Shown here in pieces: positions 11,077 through 23,817 of a stretch of 64,000 nucleotides of DNA. The notes beneath the pieces were generated by a model that had not been told where the DNA came from, searched no databases, and saw only the letters and a list, made by a program, of their open reading frames with translations. Made by a program: the position numbers and the translations under genes. This DNA comes from Rebecca billardiae RCC1528 (taxonomy: Eukaryota; Protista; Haptophyta): NCBI GenBank assembly GCA_965240325.2, contig OZ251247.1, positions 682,001-746,000 of the forward strand, in the 5' to 3' direction. Each line of letters begins with the position of its first letter. The stretch's first letter is position 1.

Positions 11077-14000
11077 TCGCTTGGCGGGCGCAGAGGCACC
11101 GGCGGTGGCGGCGGCGGCGGCGTCGGTGGCGGCGGCGGCTCGCGCGCGCCCACGCCCACGCACGCCTCGACGACCAACGGCGGCGGCGGCGGGCTGGCGG
11201 CAGCCATGGCCGCCGCTGTCACAGGCTCCTCCTCAGCCGCCGCCGCCGCCGCCGGCGGCGCCCCCGGTGGCGGCAGCCATGCTTCCAGGCAGCAGCAGCA
11301 GCAGCAGCCGCCGCCGCCGCAGGACCCGCTGACCCTCCCGCGGCCCATCGACCCGACCGTGCCGCACGATGGCTTCCCCTTCTCCTCGCTCGAGCGGCTG
11401 CGGCTGGTCGAAGCCATCGTCGAGCGCCCGCCTGAGCTGGTGCGCGCGCGTGCGCTCGCGCGCGGCGGGGCGGGGCGGGTGTTGGGCCGTTGGGGTGGTT
11501 GCGGGCGTGTGCGGGCGTGTGCGGGTGTGTCGCGGGGTGTGCGGGCGTGTCGCGTAGGGTGCGGTGGTGCGGGGCTGCCCGGGGCTGTGCGCTGCGAGCG
11601 GGGCAGGGCGGGTGCGCGCGCGGAGTGACAGACGGGCGCGCGCACTCACTCGGGTGTGTACTGCCGCTAATAAAAAAAAGAAATGCTGCGCGCGCACTCA
11701 CTAGGGTGTGTACTGCCGCTGCTGCTGCTGCCGCTGCTGCTGCGTGGGTGTGGGCAGGTAGCGCGCGCCTGCGGGGAGGGTAGGGGTGGCTCTGTGCGCT
11801 GTGCAGGCTCGGGGCGTGCGGCGCGGCGCAGCCCTACACCCACGCGCGCACATGCACTCACACGCCGCCACAACCGCCAACCGCCACCGCCACCACCTCC
11901 ACGCGCGCTCGCCGCCGCCGCTCGCCCCGTGCGCCTCAGGGCGGCTGCGGCTTCTCCCTCGAGTCGCTGCGCCGCGACGCGGCCGTCTTCGACTACTTCT
12001 TCCTGACGGACCCGGTGATGCACGCGCGGCTGCTGCGCGAGTGGGCATTCCCACACTACCAGTACCCGCGCCAGGCGGTGCGCGCGTACCTGGGCGACAA
12101 GGTGCGTGCGGCAGCGCGCGCGCCTAGGATAGGTTCCAACCAAAACCTAGGCGCACGCGCCTAGGATAGGGGTAGGGGCTGCGGTTAGGGTTCCAACCCT
12201 AACCGCGCGCGCGCGCGGAGGCGGCATCGGTTTGGCGCCGCTGGCTGCGTGTGTGTGCTGTGCTGCCGCGGTGACGCGTGCGCTGTGCGGTGTGCGCCCT
12301 CTCGGCGGTGTGCTGGCGTGGCCGGCGGTGCGCTCTCGTGGCGGTGTGCTGTGGTGGCGTGGCAGTGGCGCGCAGTGCATTGATGGCGTGCCCGCGCGTG
12401 CCGCCGCCGTGGCGGTGTGCTGGCGTGGCCGGCGGTGCGCTCTCGTGGCGGTGTGCTGTGGTGGCGTGGCAGTGGCGCGCAGTGCATTGATGGCGTGCCC
12501 GCGCGTGCCGCCGCCGTGGCGGTGTGCTGGCGTGGCCGGCGGTGCGCTCTCGTGGCGGTGTGCTGTGGTGGCGCGGCGGTGGCGCGCAGTGCGTTGATGG
12601 CGTGCCCGCGCGTGCCGCCGCCGTCGCGGCGGTGCTCCCACCGACCCACCCCCAACCCTCCCCCCAACCCTCCCCCCGCAGGTGGCGATGTACTTCGAGT
12701 ACCTGCAGGTGTACATGCGCCACCTGCTCGGCCTCGCCTGCCTCGCCGCGGGCGTGCTCGCCTACGGCGGCTACAGGCTCGCGCGCACCGGCTCGGTCGA
12801 CAACGCCGCCCTGCCCCCCTACGTGCTGGCGGTGTCGGCGTGGTCTGTGGTGTTCGCGAAGCGGTGGCGGCAGCGCACGGCGGAGCTCGTCTTCGAGTGG
12901 CACGCCGAGGGGTACGAGGCGCGCGAGCCGAGCCGGCCCGCGTACGTCGCGCACCCGCGCTCCGCGCTGCGGCGCGGCGTGCACGCGCCGGGCAACGGCG
13001 GTTTCATAGGGCTCCCCGAAACCGACGAGACGCCGCTGACGGCGGTGGTCAACAAGACGTTACACCGGAAGCGGGTGCGCGTGGGCGTGGGCGCGACGCT
13101 GCTCGTGATCGGCGGCGTGGCGGTGGGCGCGCTCGGCGTGATTGCCGCGCGGCTGCGCTTCGACACACTCCTCAGCGGCTCGGGCGTACCCTTCTCGGAG
13201 GTGTGCGCCGAATCAGCATGGCCGCCGCCGAATCAGCATGGCTGCCGCCGAGTCAGCATGGCCGCCGCGCGGGCTCACGCCCCACACACCCTCCCGCGCG
13301 CGCGTGTGGCACCGTGGCGCGCGTCCCCGCGCCGTGCCGCACCGCCTCGCCGCCTCGCGCCGCACCGCGCCGCGCGCCGCGCGTCTGCACCCTGCGCCGC
13401 GCCGCCGCGTGCGCGCGCGCGCGCAGCTTCTCTCCCTCCTGCTGGGCTCGGCGATGACGGCGCTGTTCATCAACTTTGCAAACGCGGCGTGGGGCGTGCT
13501 GGGGCGGCGCATCACGGCGTGGGAGCTGCACCGGACCGAGACGCAGTTCGAGGCGAGCGCAGGGTCCGGGCGGGGCGGGGGTGTCCGGGCGTGCGCCGGG
13601 CGTGGGTGCGTGTGGCCGTGTGCGTGCGTGTGCGGTGGCGCGGAGGTGGCGAGGGGATGCGGATTGTTTCTTCCTTTGTTTTCTCGTCGGCGGAACCTGC
13701 ATTCCCGGTTCTTTCCTCGCGTGCCCCGGCACCACCCACCCGCCAACACACACACACACACCCACACACGCGCGCGCACACGCGCACACTAACCTCGCGC
13801 CGCCCCTCCTGCGTGCCCCGCAGGACGCGCTCATCTTCAAGACCTTCGCCTTCCAGTTCGTCAACAGCTACGCCACCCTCCTGTACATCGGCACGTTCAA
13901 GCAATTCGGCTGGCGGCTCTTCGGCGACCCGGGGCTGCAGGAGCGCTGCTTTGGCGGCGGCAGCTGCCTGACCGAGCTGGCGGTGCAGACGGCTGTGCTC

Positions 14001-17000
14001 TTCCTTGGGAAGGAAACCTTCTGGCGGTGCGCGCGCGCGAGGTTAGGGTTAGGGGGGTTAGGGGTAGGGTTAGGGCCGCACGCCCGCGCGTGCGCCTGCA
14101 CGCACGCGGCGGCGCGGGCAGCGGCGCGCGAGGCCGCACGCCGGAGCCTGCGCCTGCGCGCACGCGGTGGCGCGAGCGCGCTGCCCGCTGCTGCCCCCGC
14201 GCGCCCGCCCCTGCGCGCCGGCGCGTGCGACCGCGCGCCGACTGCCGCGCGCGCCCCCGCGGCGGCCGCACCGCACCGCGCCCTTCCCGACCCCCGGCTG
14301 TCCCACCCACCACCACCACCCCGCGCGCGCGCAGGCACACCAAGACGGCCGTGTGGCTGCGCCTCAAGCCGCTCGTCCGCCGCATCGTCGCGCGCGGCGG
14401 CGGCGCACTGTCGCCGCGCCGCCGCCCGCCGCCGCCGCCGGCGGCGCTCGCGCCGCCGGCGGGTGCGGCCGACGGTGGCGGTGGTGGCGGTGGGCGGGCG
14501 GGTGGTGGGCACGCGGGGCGCAGCGCGGTCGCCGCGCCGGTGGACGCGCGCTCGCGCACGCTCGGCGGCGACACGAGCGCCGCCGCCGCCGCCGCCTCCG
14601 CCGCCGTCGCCGCCGCCGGCTCGGCCGCGCCCGGCGGCGCCGGCGGCGGCGGCGCGCGCGGCGGCGCGGCGGGCGCCGCCGGCGGCCCCGGCGGCGCGGC
14701 GGGCGAGCACGCGCCGCGCGACGCCCGGCGCGTGTCCCTCCGCCTCACCAGCCCGCGCTCCGGCTCGGCGCCCGGACTCGCGGCCGGACTCCGGCCGCTC
14801 GACCCCGGGCTCTGGTCGGCGATTTTAGTTTTGGGCGAGACGGAATTTCTCAAGCCAATTGTTGGCGAAGGGCCGGTGGCGGGCGCGGACGGGCTCGGCG
14901 GCGACGAGCCGCCGCCGTCGCCGTGGCGCACGGGCGGCAGGGCGCGCGCGGCCGAGTCGCCCAGGGGCGGCAGCGGCGGTGGCGGCGGCTCCCGCCGCAA
15001 CTCGTTCGGAGACGCGATGGCGGGCGCGGCGCGCACCGCCGCCGCGTCACCGCGCACCGCCGCCGCCGCGCTCCGCCGCACTCTCTCGGCCGGACAGGAC
15101 CCGGACGCGCCGCCGAGCCACGGCTGGTACGGCGGCTCGCTGCCGCGCTGGGACGACGGCTTCGGGTACGAGGCGGTGTATGGCGACGGCCCGCCGCCGC
15201 CGCCGGACTGGGCGACGGCGGGCGGCGTGTACGGCGGCGGCGGCGGCGGCGGCGCGGACGGCGGCGGGGCCGGCGGGACAGGCGGCGGCGGCGGCGGCGG
15301 CCTCGGCGCTCACCGGCCACCGCCGGTGCGTACGCCGTCGGAGCAGCTTGGCATGGCGCCGCCGCCCGGCCGTGGCGGCAGCGGCGGCAGCGGCAGCGGC
15401 GGCGGCGGCGGCGCGGGCGCGGGCGCGCGGCTGAGCGGTGCCTCCGCCGTCACCGCCGGCGGCGGCAGCGGGCGCGCGAGCGCAGCCGGCGGCGGCGGCG
15501 GCGGCGGCGCTGCGGCGGCAGTCGGCCCCCGGCGCGCGAGCGGCGGCGGTCGGCTCTCGCGCGGCGCGAGCCTGGGGCACGGCGGCGGGCGCGGCCTCTC
15601 GCGCGGTGGCACCTCCGCCGCCTCCGCCGCCGCCGCCGCCAGCGGCGGCAAGCTCCACCGCTCCTGCAGCGGCGCCTCCTCCGGCACCGCCCACGCCGGC
15701 GCCGCGGCGCCGCAACTTCTCTCGCACCCGCGCAAGAGCCGCGCGGGGCAGCTCGAAGCGCGGCTGGAGGCCGGGGTGGGCACGTGGGCGGCGCGGCTAT
15801 GCGGGAGCGGGGTCTCCCCTGCCGAGGAGCGCGCGGCACGCGAGGTGCTGCGCAGGGGGCTGCAGGCGCGCCTCGAGCGCGAGTGGCGCTTGCCAGAGTA
15901 CCCTGGTGCGCGCGCGCCGCCGTGCGCGCGCCGCCGTGCGCGCGCCGCCGTGCGCGTGTGCCGCGCCGGGCGCCGCGCGGGGCGTGGGGGGGGGGGGTCT
16001 TGCGCGCGCGCGTGCGCGCACGCACGCATGCACGCCAACGCACCATCCACCCCCGCGCGCACGCACGCGCCTGCCCCCACCCGCACCACACCCGCCGCCG
16101 CCGCGCGTGCCCACTGACCCACTTTACCCACCTTACCCACCTTACTTACGTGCGTGGCGGCGTACTTATTACGAAACAGGCACTTTCCACGAGTTCTCCG
16201 AGATGGCGGTGCAGTTTGGGTACGTGGCGATGTTCGCCATCGCGCTGCCGCCCGCCGCGCTGCTCGCCATCGGCAACAACACGGTCGAGCGGAAGACGGA
16301 CGCTCTCAAGGTGCGGCGGCGGCGGTGGCGGCGCTGCTGCTGCTGCTGCTGTGGGCTGCGTGTCAGGGGGGGGGGGGGGCGGCGGCGGCTGCCGCTGCTT
16401 CCGCGCGCGCGCGCCGCGCGCGGCGTCTCGCGCGCGCGCGCCCGGGCGCCCGCCGCCGGCTGCCCCCCGCGCGTGCTGACGCGCTGCCGCCGCCGCGGCG
16501 CTCCCCGGCCCGCGCGCCCCGCCGCGATGGCCCACCCGCATTGCCGCATCTCCGGCCTCCGCCATCTTTATTTGCTCTCGCTCCTTTTCCCTCGCCTTGC
16601 CCAAACAAACAAATGCGCTTGCGGATCTGATGGTTCTTTGGCGACGACGACGATCATCCTTTCTCCGTCCCCCACCCCATCCGCCCGCCGCCCGCTTCTG
16701 CGCGCCGGCCGCGCGGCGCGCAGGCGCTGCACCTGTGTCGGCGCGCGCGGTACGTCGGCGCGGAGGACATCGGCGCGTGGGAGCACGTGCTCGAGCTGAT
16801 CGCGTTCCTCTCCATCGTCACCAACATGGTCATCCTCTGGCAGGTGAGCAGCGTGCGCGCGGCCGGTGCCGCAGTGGGCGCGCCCACTGCGGCACCCGCG
16901 CCGCGCCCACCGCTGCACCGGCCAGCAGCACCGCAGTGGGCGCGCCCACCGCGACGCCCGCCGCGCGGCGGTGCGACGGCGCGCCGCCTCCGCTAAGGCC

Positions 17001-18327
17001 GCCCCTACCCCCCAACGCCCACCACCCCCAACTTCTCCCCCTCCCCGTCCCCTACACCCCTTACCCTATCCAAACCCCTAACCCCATCCACCCCGAATCC
17101 TCCTACCCGTACTCCTACCCATACCCCTACCCGTACCCCTACCCGTACTCCTACCCTACCCCCGCAGGCGTCCAGGTCGGTCGAGCTGTACACGGACGCG
17201 CTCGGCCTGCCCCGCCCGGACTCGGTGGTGGGCGGCCGGCTGTGGGTGGTGGTCGTCCTCGAGCACGCGCTCATCGCCATGCGCATCCTCCTCGGCAGGG
17301 TCATCGTCGACAGGCCGCGATGGGTGCGTGATGCGCGCGCCTTTTCTTGGCTTCGTGTGTCGTATGAGATGACGATTTGTTTTCCCCTGTTGCTTCGTTC
17401 GATGCGCGAGCGCATGCGCGCGCGCGAGAGAGAGCGCGCGTGCGCCTTTCGCTGCGTGCGCGTCTGCCGCGCCGTGCGCGTGCTGTGCGTGCGCGCACAC
17501 GCGCGCCGCCGCGCGCGCCCACGCGCCGCCGCCGCCGCGCGCCCACGCCGCGCGCGCGCAGGTCGTGCGCGCGGCGACGCGCGTCGCGCACCGCCACCGC
17601 ATGCTCACGCGCCGCGGCCGTGGCTCCGTCGCCCCGGGCAGCGGCGGCCATGCCGGCGGCGGCCATGCTGCCGGCGGCGGCCATGCTGCCGGCGGCGGCC
17701 ACGCCGGCTCCAGCATGGCTGCCGGCGGCTCGAAGGGCGGCGTGCGGTACAGAGGGCGCGCAGCCGCGGGCCTGGCGGGCGCGATGGTCGGAGGCCTCGG
17801 CGCCGGCCTCGGGCTCGGCTGGGCTGGAGGTACGCGCCGCGAGATTGCAATCTCGCACCGCGCCGCGCCGCGAGAGTGCACCCTCGGCGCGCGGCGCGCG
17901 GCCGCCGCCGCCTCCAGCGCGCGTGCGCCGCGCATGCGCGCGGCCCGGCCCGCGCCGCGCGTGCGCCCTCGCCGCGCACCCAGGCTGTGCCGAGTGCGCA
18001 CGCGCGCGTAGGCGCGGTGGCGCCGGCCCACGCGCAGTGGGCGCGGCTCACGCGCCGCCGCCCCGCGCGCGCGCTCCGTCCCTCTCTCGCGCGCGCGCGC
18101 GGCGTGGAGCAGGCGGCGAGGGCGCGGGCGGCGGCGCGTACGGCAGCGGCGGCAGCGCCGGCGCCTCAGCTAGCGCCTCCACGCCCCACACGCCAGGAGG
18201 AGGCCCCTTCGGTGGCTGCGGCGGAGGTGGCCGCGGCAACGTCAGCGCGGCGGCCGGGCGCGGCGGCGCGGTGGCAGAAGTGTCGGTGGCTGATCTCGAG
18301 CAGCTGAGCGTCGACTTCGAGTGCTGA
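10040..18327 (+). CDS. Anoctamin/TMEM16 family Ca2+-activated channel/scramblase, 12 exons
   Basis: Exons 10040-10591, 10921-11439, 11940-12101, 12682-13200, 13427-13552 (GC donor), 13824-14026, 14335-15905, 16180-16310, 16724-16843, 17168-17323, 17562-17829, 18113-18327. Signatures: [79 protein letters not shown]. Confidence 0.9.
12304..12625. repeat. Intronic ~107-bp tandem repeat, 3 copies
   Basis: Unit GGCGGTGTGCTGGCGTGGCCGGCGG...GTGCCGCCGCCGT repeated at 107-nt spacing. Confidence 0.85.
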
Positions 18328-18507
18328 CTGCCCGGTGCATTGCCAGTCGGAGTGGCGCCACCTGACGCGGGGCCGGGGCACCCGCATCCGCGCTTCGGAT
18401 TATTGCGCGCGCGCAAGAAATTAGATCGGCGTCGATCGTCGCGCGCACAGCGGCCGGACGCCGACGACACGTGCCGCCCTGCTATGGCTGCTGGCGGCGG
18501 CTGCTGA

Positions 18508-18736
<229 letters not shown>

Positions 18737-19621
18737 TGACCCGTTGCACGGGTGAGTAACCGTGAGCGTACATCCGCGGCGTACGTCCCGGGGCCGCGGT
18801 CACGGCGTCGCAATGGCGCCCATCATCGATTCGTCGCGCCCGCCAGTTGCGCGCACTTCGCGACCACCCCCGGCGCCGCCCGCGCGCGGGCTGCTAGACG
18901 CACGGAGCCGAGCCGGCCGTCAAAGCGACGTGGGCGCATGAACAGCAGCCCAATCCTCAGCCTCGAGCTGCCGCGCCTCCCCCCACTATCCGCCATCGCC
19001 TCCTGTCAGTCACCGCGCGCTTCCGCTCGCGGGCGCCGTTCAGAGCGCTCCCAGACCCCGGACCGCGCACGGTCGCACGCAGCCCGCGGCCGGCAGGCTG
19101 CGGCGCGCGCGCGTGCACCGCACCCCGGCACAGTCGCGCCCGGAAACGGGCTTTCGATGCGGCGCGGGTAGCGCGCAGCGGCCCGCGCGCCCAGCGAGAT
19201 TGGCAGGCGGTGCGGCGGGCGACATAGTGCCAGCGCTTCAGCCGTCACGGGCGGAGTCAGTCAGTGAGCAGGCCAGTCAGTACGACAGAGCAAGCACTAA
19301 GCGCAGGCTAGAGAGCTGGGGGATGGCTCCGAAGAGGAGGACGGACCCGCTGCGACCCAGGACTGGAGGAACGTGATATGCCTCTGCGCGCCGCACTGCG
19401 TCGTGGTACCACGAGGTGCCAGCTTGGCCAGTAATATGCAGAGGGGGTCACCGGTCAGGTGATGACAGTAGTGTGCCACCCTGCATGCAGCGCTGCAGGG
19501 CTGCCGGACAGCGCTGCCTGCGCCGCGCGAGTCGGGGCATCAGAGCTGCGTATCACGCCTGGCCGACGCATGCCATCACCCCGCCTCCCATCGTCTCTCT
19601 GCGCGGCAGCCGCACGCAAAG

Positions 19622-21993
19622 TCACAGCACCAGCTCATCAGCGGCCTTGCCGCTCTGCTCCCACGCCTCACGCACCGCCTTCTTGCCCGCCTCGCTGAGG
19701 TCATTGTCCCTGAGAGAGGCGCCGCACGAGGGGTGGGCACGTGGCGTGAGCGTGGGAAAGAGCAGCAGAGCATACACGCGCCATGCATGCCAGCCCAGGC
19801 GCATGAAAACGCGTCGCACGCGCCAGAGGCAGCAGCAGCTGCAGCGCTTGCACGCTCGGACACAGCCCAAACAAAAGTACGCTGCGAGTGCAGGGTGGCG
19901 CGCCCAACGTGCGTCCACTGCATAATGCCCACCCGGCACACACCCATTGGGCCCCACGCCTCCGCGCACCCGCCGCGCTCTCGGCCGGGCGCGTGCGCAC
20001 GTACTCCAGGTTGAGCGTCTGCAGGGAGCTGCAGAGGCGCACTGCCGCAGCAATAGCAGTTGCCCCCTCGTCACCGATGTAGTTGGAGCTACGGGAGGCG
20101 CGGTGGGAAGGGCGGGTGCGCAGAGCGAGCGTGTATGGTTGACGATCGCGCGCGCGCGATGCACCCAGCTCAAGCACACGCGAGCGCGCCACACGTGCAG
20201 CTGCCACAGCGCCAGGCTGCCTTGGGCAGTTGCTGCCCTGCAGCAGGCGCACGCGGCACGCGCCAGAGGCAGCCTCAGTCGGGCGCACGCACGTACCCAC
20301 GCCAGAGCACCTGCAGGGTGTGGCTGTGGCCCAATGCCTCTGCGATCGCAGTGGCGCCCGCGTCACCGAACTCGTTCGCACTGTGGGAGGCGGGGCAGGA
20401 GGGGCGGGCGCTCTGCTCGAGCGTGAGTGGCTGCATACATCTCGCGCACGCACGTGGCTGTGCATGACTGCCCATGCACGCACACGCGCCTTGCACGCGC
20501 CACCGCAACAGCGGCCAGCCGCCACGCGACCCCACCGACAGGGCACGCCCGGGGCTGCCTCTGCCGTCGCGCGCGCACGCTCGGCCAAAGCCAGTGGGTA
20601 GGCTGCGAGCGCGTGCTGCGCTCTAGAAGACGCCTGTACTGTCCGCTGCACATCGCCCCTCTGACTGGCACACAAGTCAGCTGCACCTCTGTCACCACAG
20701 CTCCACACGTTCCCAGCGCCCACCACCGCGCGTGTGCACGCGTACCCGAGACGAAGCGTGTGCAGGGAGGTGCTATCGCGCACTGCGTCAGCGATCGCAG
20801 TGGCGCCAGCGTCGCCGATCGAGTTGACACTACGGGAGTAGGCGCGGCGGGAGGAGGGGCAGGCGTGAGGAGTCAGCGTGAGTGGTTGTCCACTATATGC
20901 GCGCGCGCGGCACATGCCCACCAGAGCACACGCAGACGCGCCGGACGGGCCGCTGTCACAGTGCCCCCGGGCACCCTGCTGCCACGGCGCGCGCCCGAGG
21001 CCACCGCCACTGCCACGCGCGCACGCTCGGACACAGCCAGGGAATGCTGTGTGCGCGAGTGCGGCGCATGCGTCGTGCGTCCACTGAGTACTGATCAATG
21101 CCCAGCTGGCACACGCCCGCAAAGACCCAGACCTCAGCGCCTTCCCCACGCTCGCCGCTGTGCGCACATACTCGAGGTCAAGCGTCTGCAGGGAGCGGAT
21201 ATGGCGCACTGCGTCCGCGATCGCAGTTGCGCCCGCTGCGCTGAGCGCGTTGTTACTGCGGGAGGAGGGGCGGGTGCGCTGCGCGAGCGTGAGCGGCTGC
21301 CAATCATGCGCACGCTCGGTGCACGCCCCGCACGCACACGCACGCGCATCACGCGCGTCGCTGCCAAAGTACCCGACCCCCGGCCGCGCAGCCCTGCTGC
21401 CGCCGCTTGCGCGAGAGGCAGCAGCAGTTGCCGCCGGGCGCGCACGCTTGGACACAGCCGGAGAGTGCGCGTCGCGCGCGTGCGGCGCGCTCAATGTGCG
21501 TCGGCTACACAGCGCCCAGCTGGCACATGGCCTGCAGTCACACGCCTTCCCCGCGCCGGCCGCCACGCGCGTGCGCACGCACTCGAGGTTGAGCGTCTGC
21601 AGGGTGCGGCTGTGGCGCACTTTGTCCGTGATCGCAGTGACGCCCGCGTCGCCGATGGCGTTGTTGCTGCGGGAGGCGCGGCGGGAGGGCCGGGCGCGCG
21701 GCACGCGCGCGCGCGGTTGTCGATCGCTCGCGCGTGGCGCATGCCGCCCAGAGCACGTGCACGCGCGCCGCACGCGCAGCTGCCACAGAGCCCCGCGGTC
21801 GCGCCGCCCTGCTGTTGCCGTTGCTGTGCGCGCGCGCGCGCGCACGCCGTCGCCATAGCTGCAGCGTCGTCGCGCGCACGCGCGCGCACCTGAGGTCGAT
21901 GATCGCCGGAGCGTCGCCGTCGTCGTGGCGGGTATCCTCTCCCGCGCGCGCGTGAGCTTCCGCGCCGCAGGGGATCTTGCGGCAGGGCCACAT
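19622..21993 (-). CDS. Small RI-like/NLRC3-like leucine-rich-repeat protein, one LRR per 84-nt exon
   Basis: Exons 21890-21993, 21583-21666, 21172-21255, 20746-20829, 20297-20380, 20005-20088, 19622-19709; repeats like NxIGDAGATAIADAVRxxxSLQTLxL; GT-AG, all phase 2; start codon uncertain. Confidence 0.85.
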
Positions 21994-22293
21994 GCTCGCG
22001 CGGGCGGGGGAAGGGCGCACTGAGCCAAGACTGAGCACTCGCGTCGCTTTTTGCGCTGCTCGATGCTCATCATCATTGATGAGCACTGAGCTGACGACAA
22101 CGACGACGCGACAACTGCCGCACTGCGGAGCCGCATCCCATATATCATGTTTTTACTCATTCTGGGATGCCAATCTACATCAATCTCGCCTGCCTGAGCT
22201 GTGTATGCGTCTCGTATGACTTTACAGTGACGATGCAATCATCAGCGCCCGAGTTACAGTGATGCAATCAGCACTCGAGTTGGAGCCATCGGC

Positions 22294-23817
22294 TCAGCAA
22301 CTCAGACGCGGCAGCTGGCCGATGCGCGCAGGCGCGTCGACAAGTGAGACCTCGTCATCGGCGTACTCCTCAGCGCTCCGTCCGAGTCCGAGCGCAGCCG
22401 AGGGCATGCCGCACGAGTACACGTCGCCGTCAGCAGTGACGTACAGCGCGTGGAGGCCGCCAAGCGCGCAGGCCAGCACGCGCACGGGCTCGAGCGCTGC
22501 AGTAGGAAACGGGGCCGGCAGCAGAACGTGCCGAGCGCCAAAGCCTGCCGGTGCGCAGAGCTGGCCAAATGAGTTGTCCCCAAACGTGTACACGCCGCCG
22601 TCCGCGCACATGACGGCACTGCCATAGCCGCCAGCGCACGCGCGCACCGCGCGCACACCTGCCAAGGCAGCAATGCGAGTGGGCATGGCACAGCACTCGA
22701 CGCCAACGTGTCCGAGCTGACGCCTGTCGCCTGCACCGAACGAATGCACCGCCCCGTCGCTGTCCACCACCAGGCTGTGCATACGGCCCGCGCTCACGTG
22801 CAAGGCGCGCACGCCCGCGAGCGCCTCGATGCGCCTCGGCGTGCACTGAGACTGCCCGTCGCCGTGGCCAAGCTGGCCCTTGTAGCCACGGCCACACGAG
22901 TAGACGGCGCAACTTGCTGAGAGCACGAGCGTGTGCACGCCCCCCGCAACAAGCCCAGCCACATGCACGCCGCCGAGCGCCTCGATGCGCGTCGGCTCCC
23001 ACCGGTCCTCCCTGTCGCCGTGGCCGAGCTGGCCGTAGTAGTTGTAGCCCCAGCTGTACGCACCGCCTGCGGCGGTGAGCGCGAGGCTGTGGTCAGTGCC
23101 AGCGGCAATGGCCACGACGAGCTGGATGTCCGAAGCGCGTGTCAGCTCGAACGCCCGACGCCTCTTCCAATCACCCAGCCCGAGCTGCCCTCGCCTGTTG
23201 TCACCGCAGCCGTACACGGCGCCGGCCTCGCTCAGACCGAGCAGGTGGGTGCAGCCAGCCGCCACCGCGACCACGCGCACCGCGCTCAGCGAGGCGACGC
23301 GCGTGGGCACGAGCACCGGGCTCACGGCGTCGTGGCCCAGTGCCCTGTTCGAGCGGTACTCTCCCGTCGGCAGCAGGCTGACCTCGTCCTCCTCCGCCTC
23401 CTCGCCGCACGTGTGCAGCCCGCCCTCCGCGTCCACAAACGCGCTCAGCAGGATGTTAGCTTCATTCGCCGCCTGCCCGCACGCGACGGCATGGCGGTGC
23501 GTGCACGCGAGCTGGAGCACGCGCTCACGCGCGAACAGTTCCTCCGTCCAGCTGCACGCGTCGGGCGGCAGCGCGGCCGGAAGGGCGCGCTCGTGCCCCC
23601 GCGCACGCACGCGCTCGCGCAGCGCGTGCTCGACCGGCGAGCGGCTGCCCGGAGCGCCGCGGAAGAGGCGCGAGGTGGCGTTGGCGGCGATCAGAGTGGG
23701 TAGCTCGGGCGCGCTCGCTAGCATGCGCTCGATGACCTCGGGCGGCATGTCGGCGAGGCACAGCGGCGCCAGTGTGCGCGCCGCGTGCGCATCGTGGGTG
23801 CTGGCGGAAGCCGCCAT
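22294..23817 (-). CDS. F-box/RCC1 copy 6
   Basis: 507-aa ORF, F-box LADMPPEVIERML plus RCC1 repeats. Confidence 0.92.
   Translation of the reverse strand: MAASASTHDAHAARTLAPLCLADMPPEVIERMLASAPELPTLIAANATSRLFRGAPGSRSPVEHALRERVRARGHERALPAALPPDACSWTEELFARERVLQLACTHRHAVACGQAANEANILLSAFVDAEGGLHTCGEEAEEDEVSLLPTGEYRSNRALGHDAVSPVLVPTRVASLSAVRVVAVAAGCTHLLGLSEAGAVYGCGDNRRGQLGLGDWKRRRAFELTRASDIQLVVAIAAGTDHSLALTAAGGAYSWGYNYYGQLGHGDREDRWEPTRIEALGGVHVAGLVAGGVHTLVLSASCAVYSCGRGYKGQLGHGDGQSQCTPRRIEALAGVRALHVSAGRMHSLVVDSDGAVHSFGAGDRRQLGHVGVECCAMPTRIAALAGVRAVRACAGGYGSAVMCADGGVYTFGDNSFGQLCAPAGFGARHVLLPAPFPTAALEPVRVLACALGGLHALYVTADGDVYSCGMPSAALGLGRSAEEYADDEVSLVDAPARIGQLPRLSC

Noticed and set aside
19701-22238. 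845-aa minus-strand ORF as a single-exon gene
   Set aside because: Read-through of stop-free introns; the LRR segments are bounded by canonical splice sites in 84-nt exons
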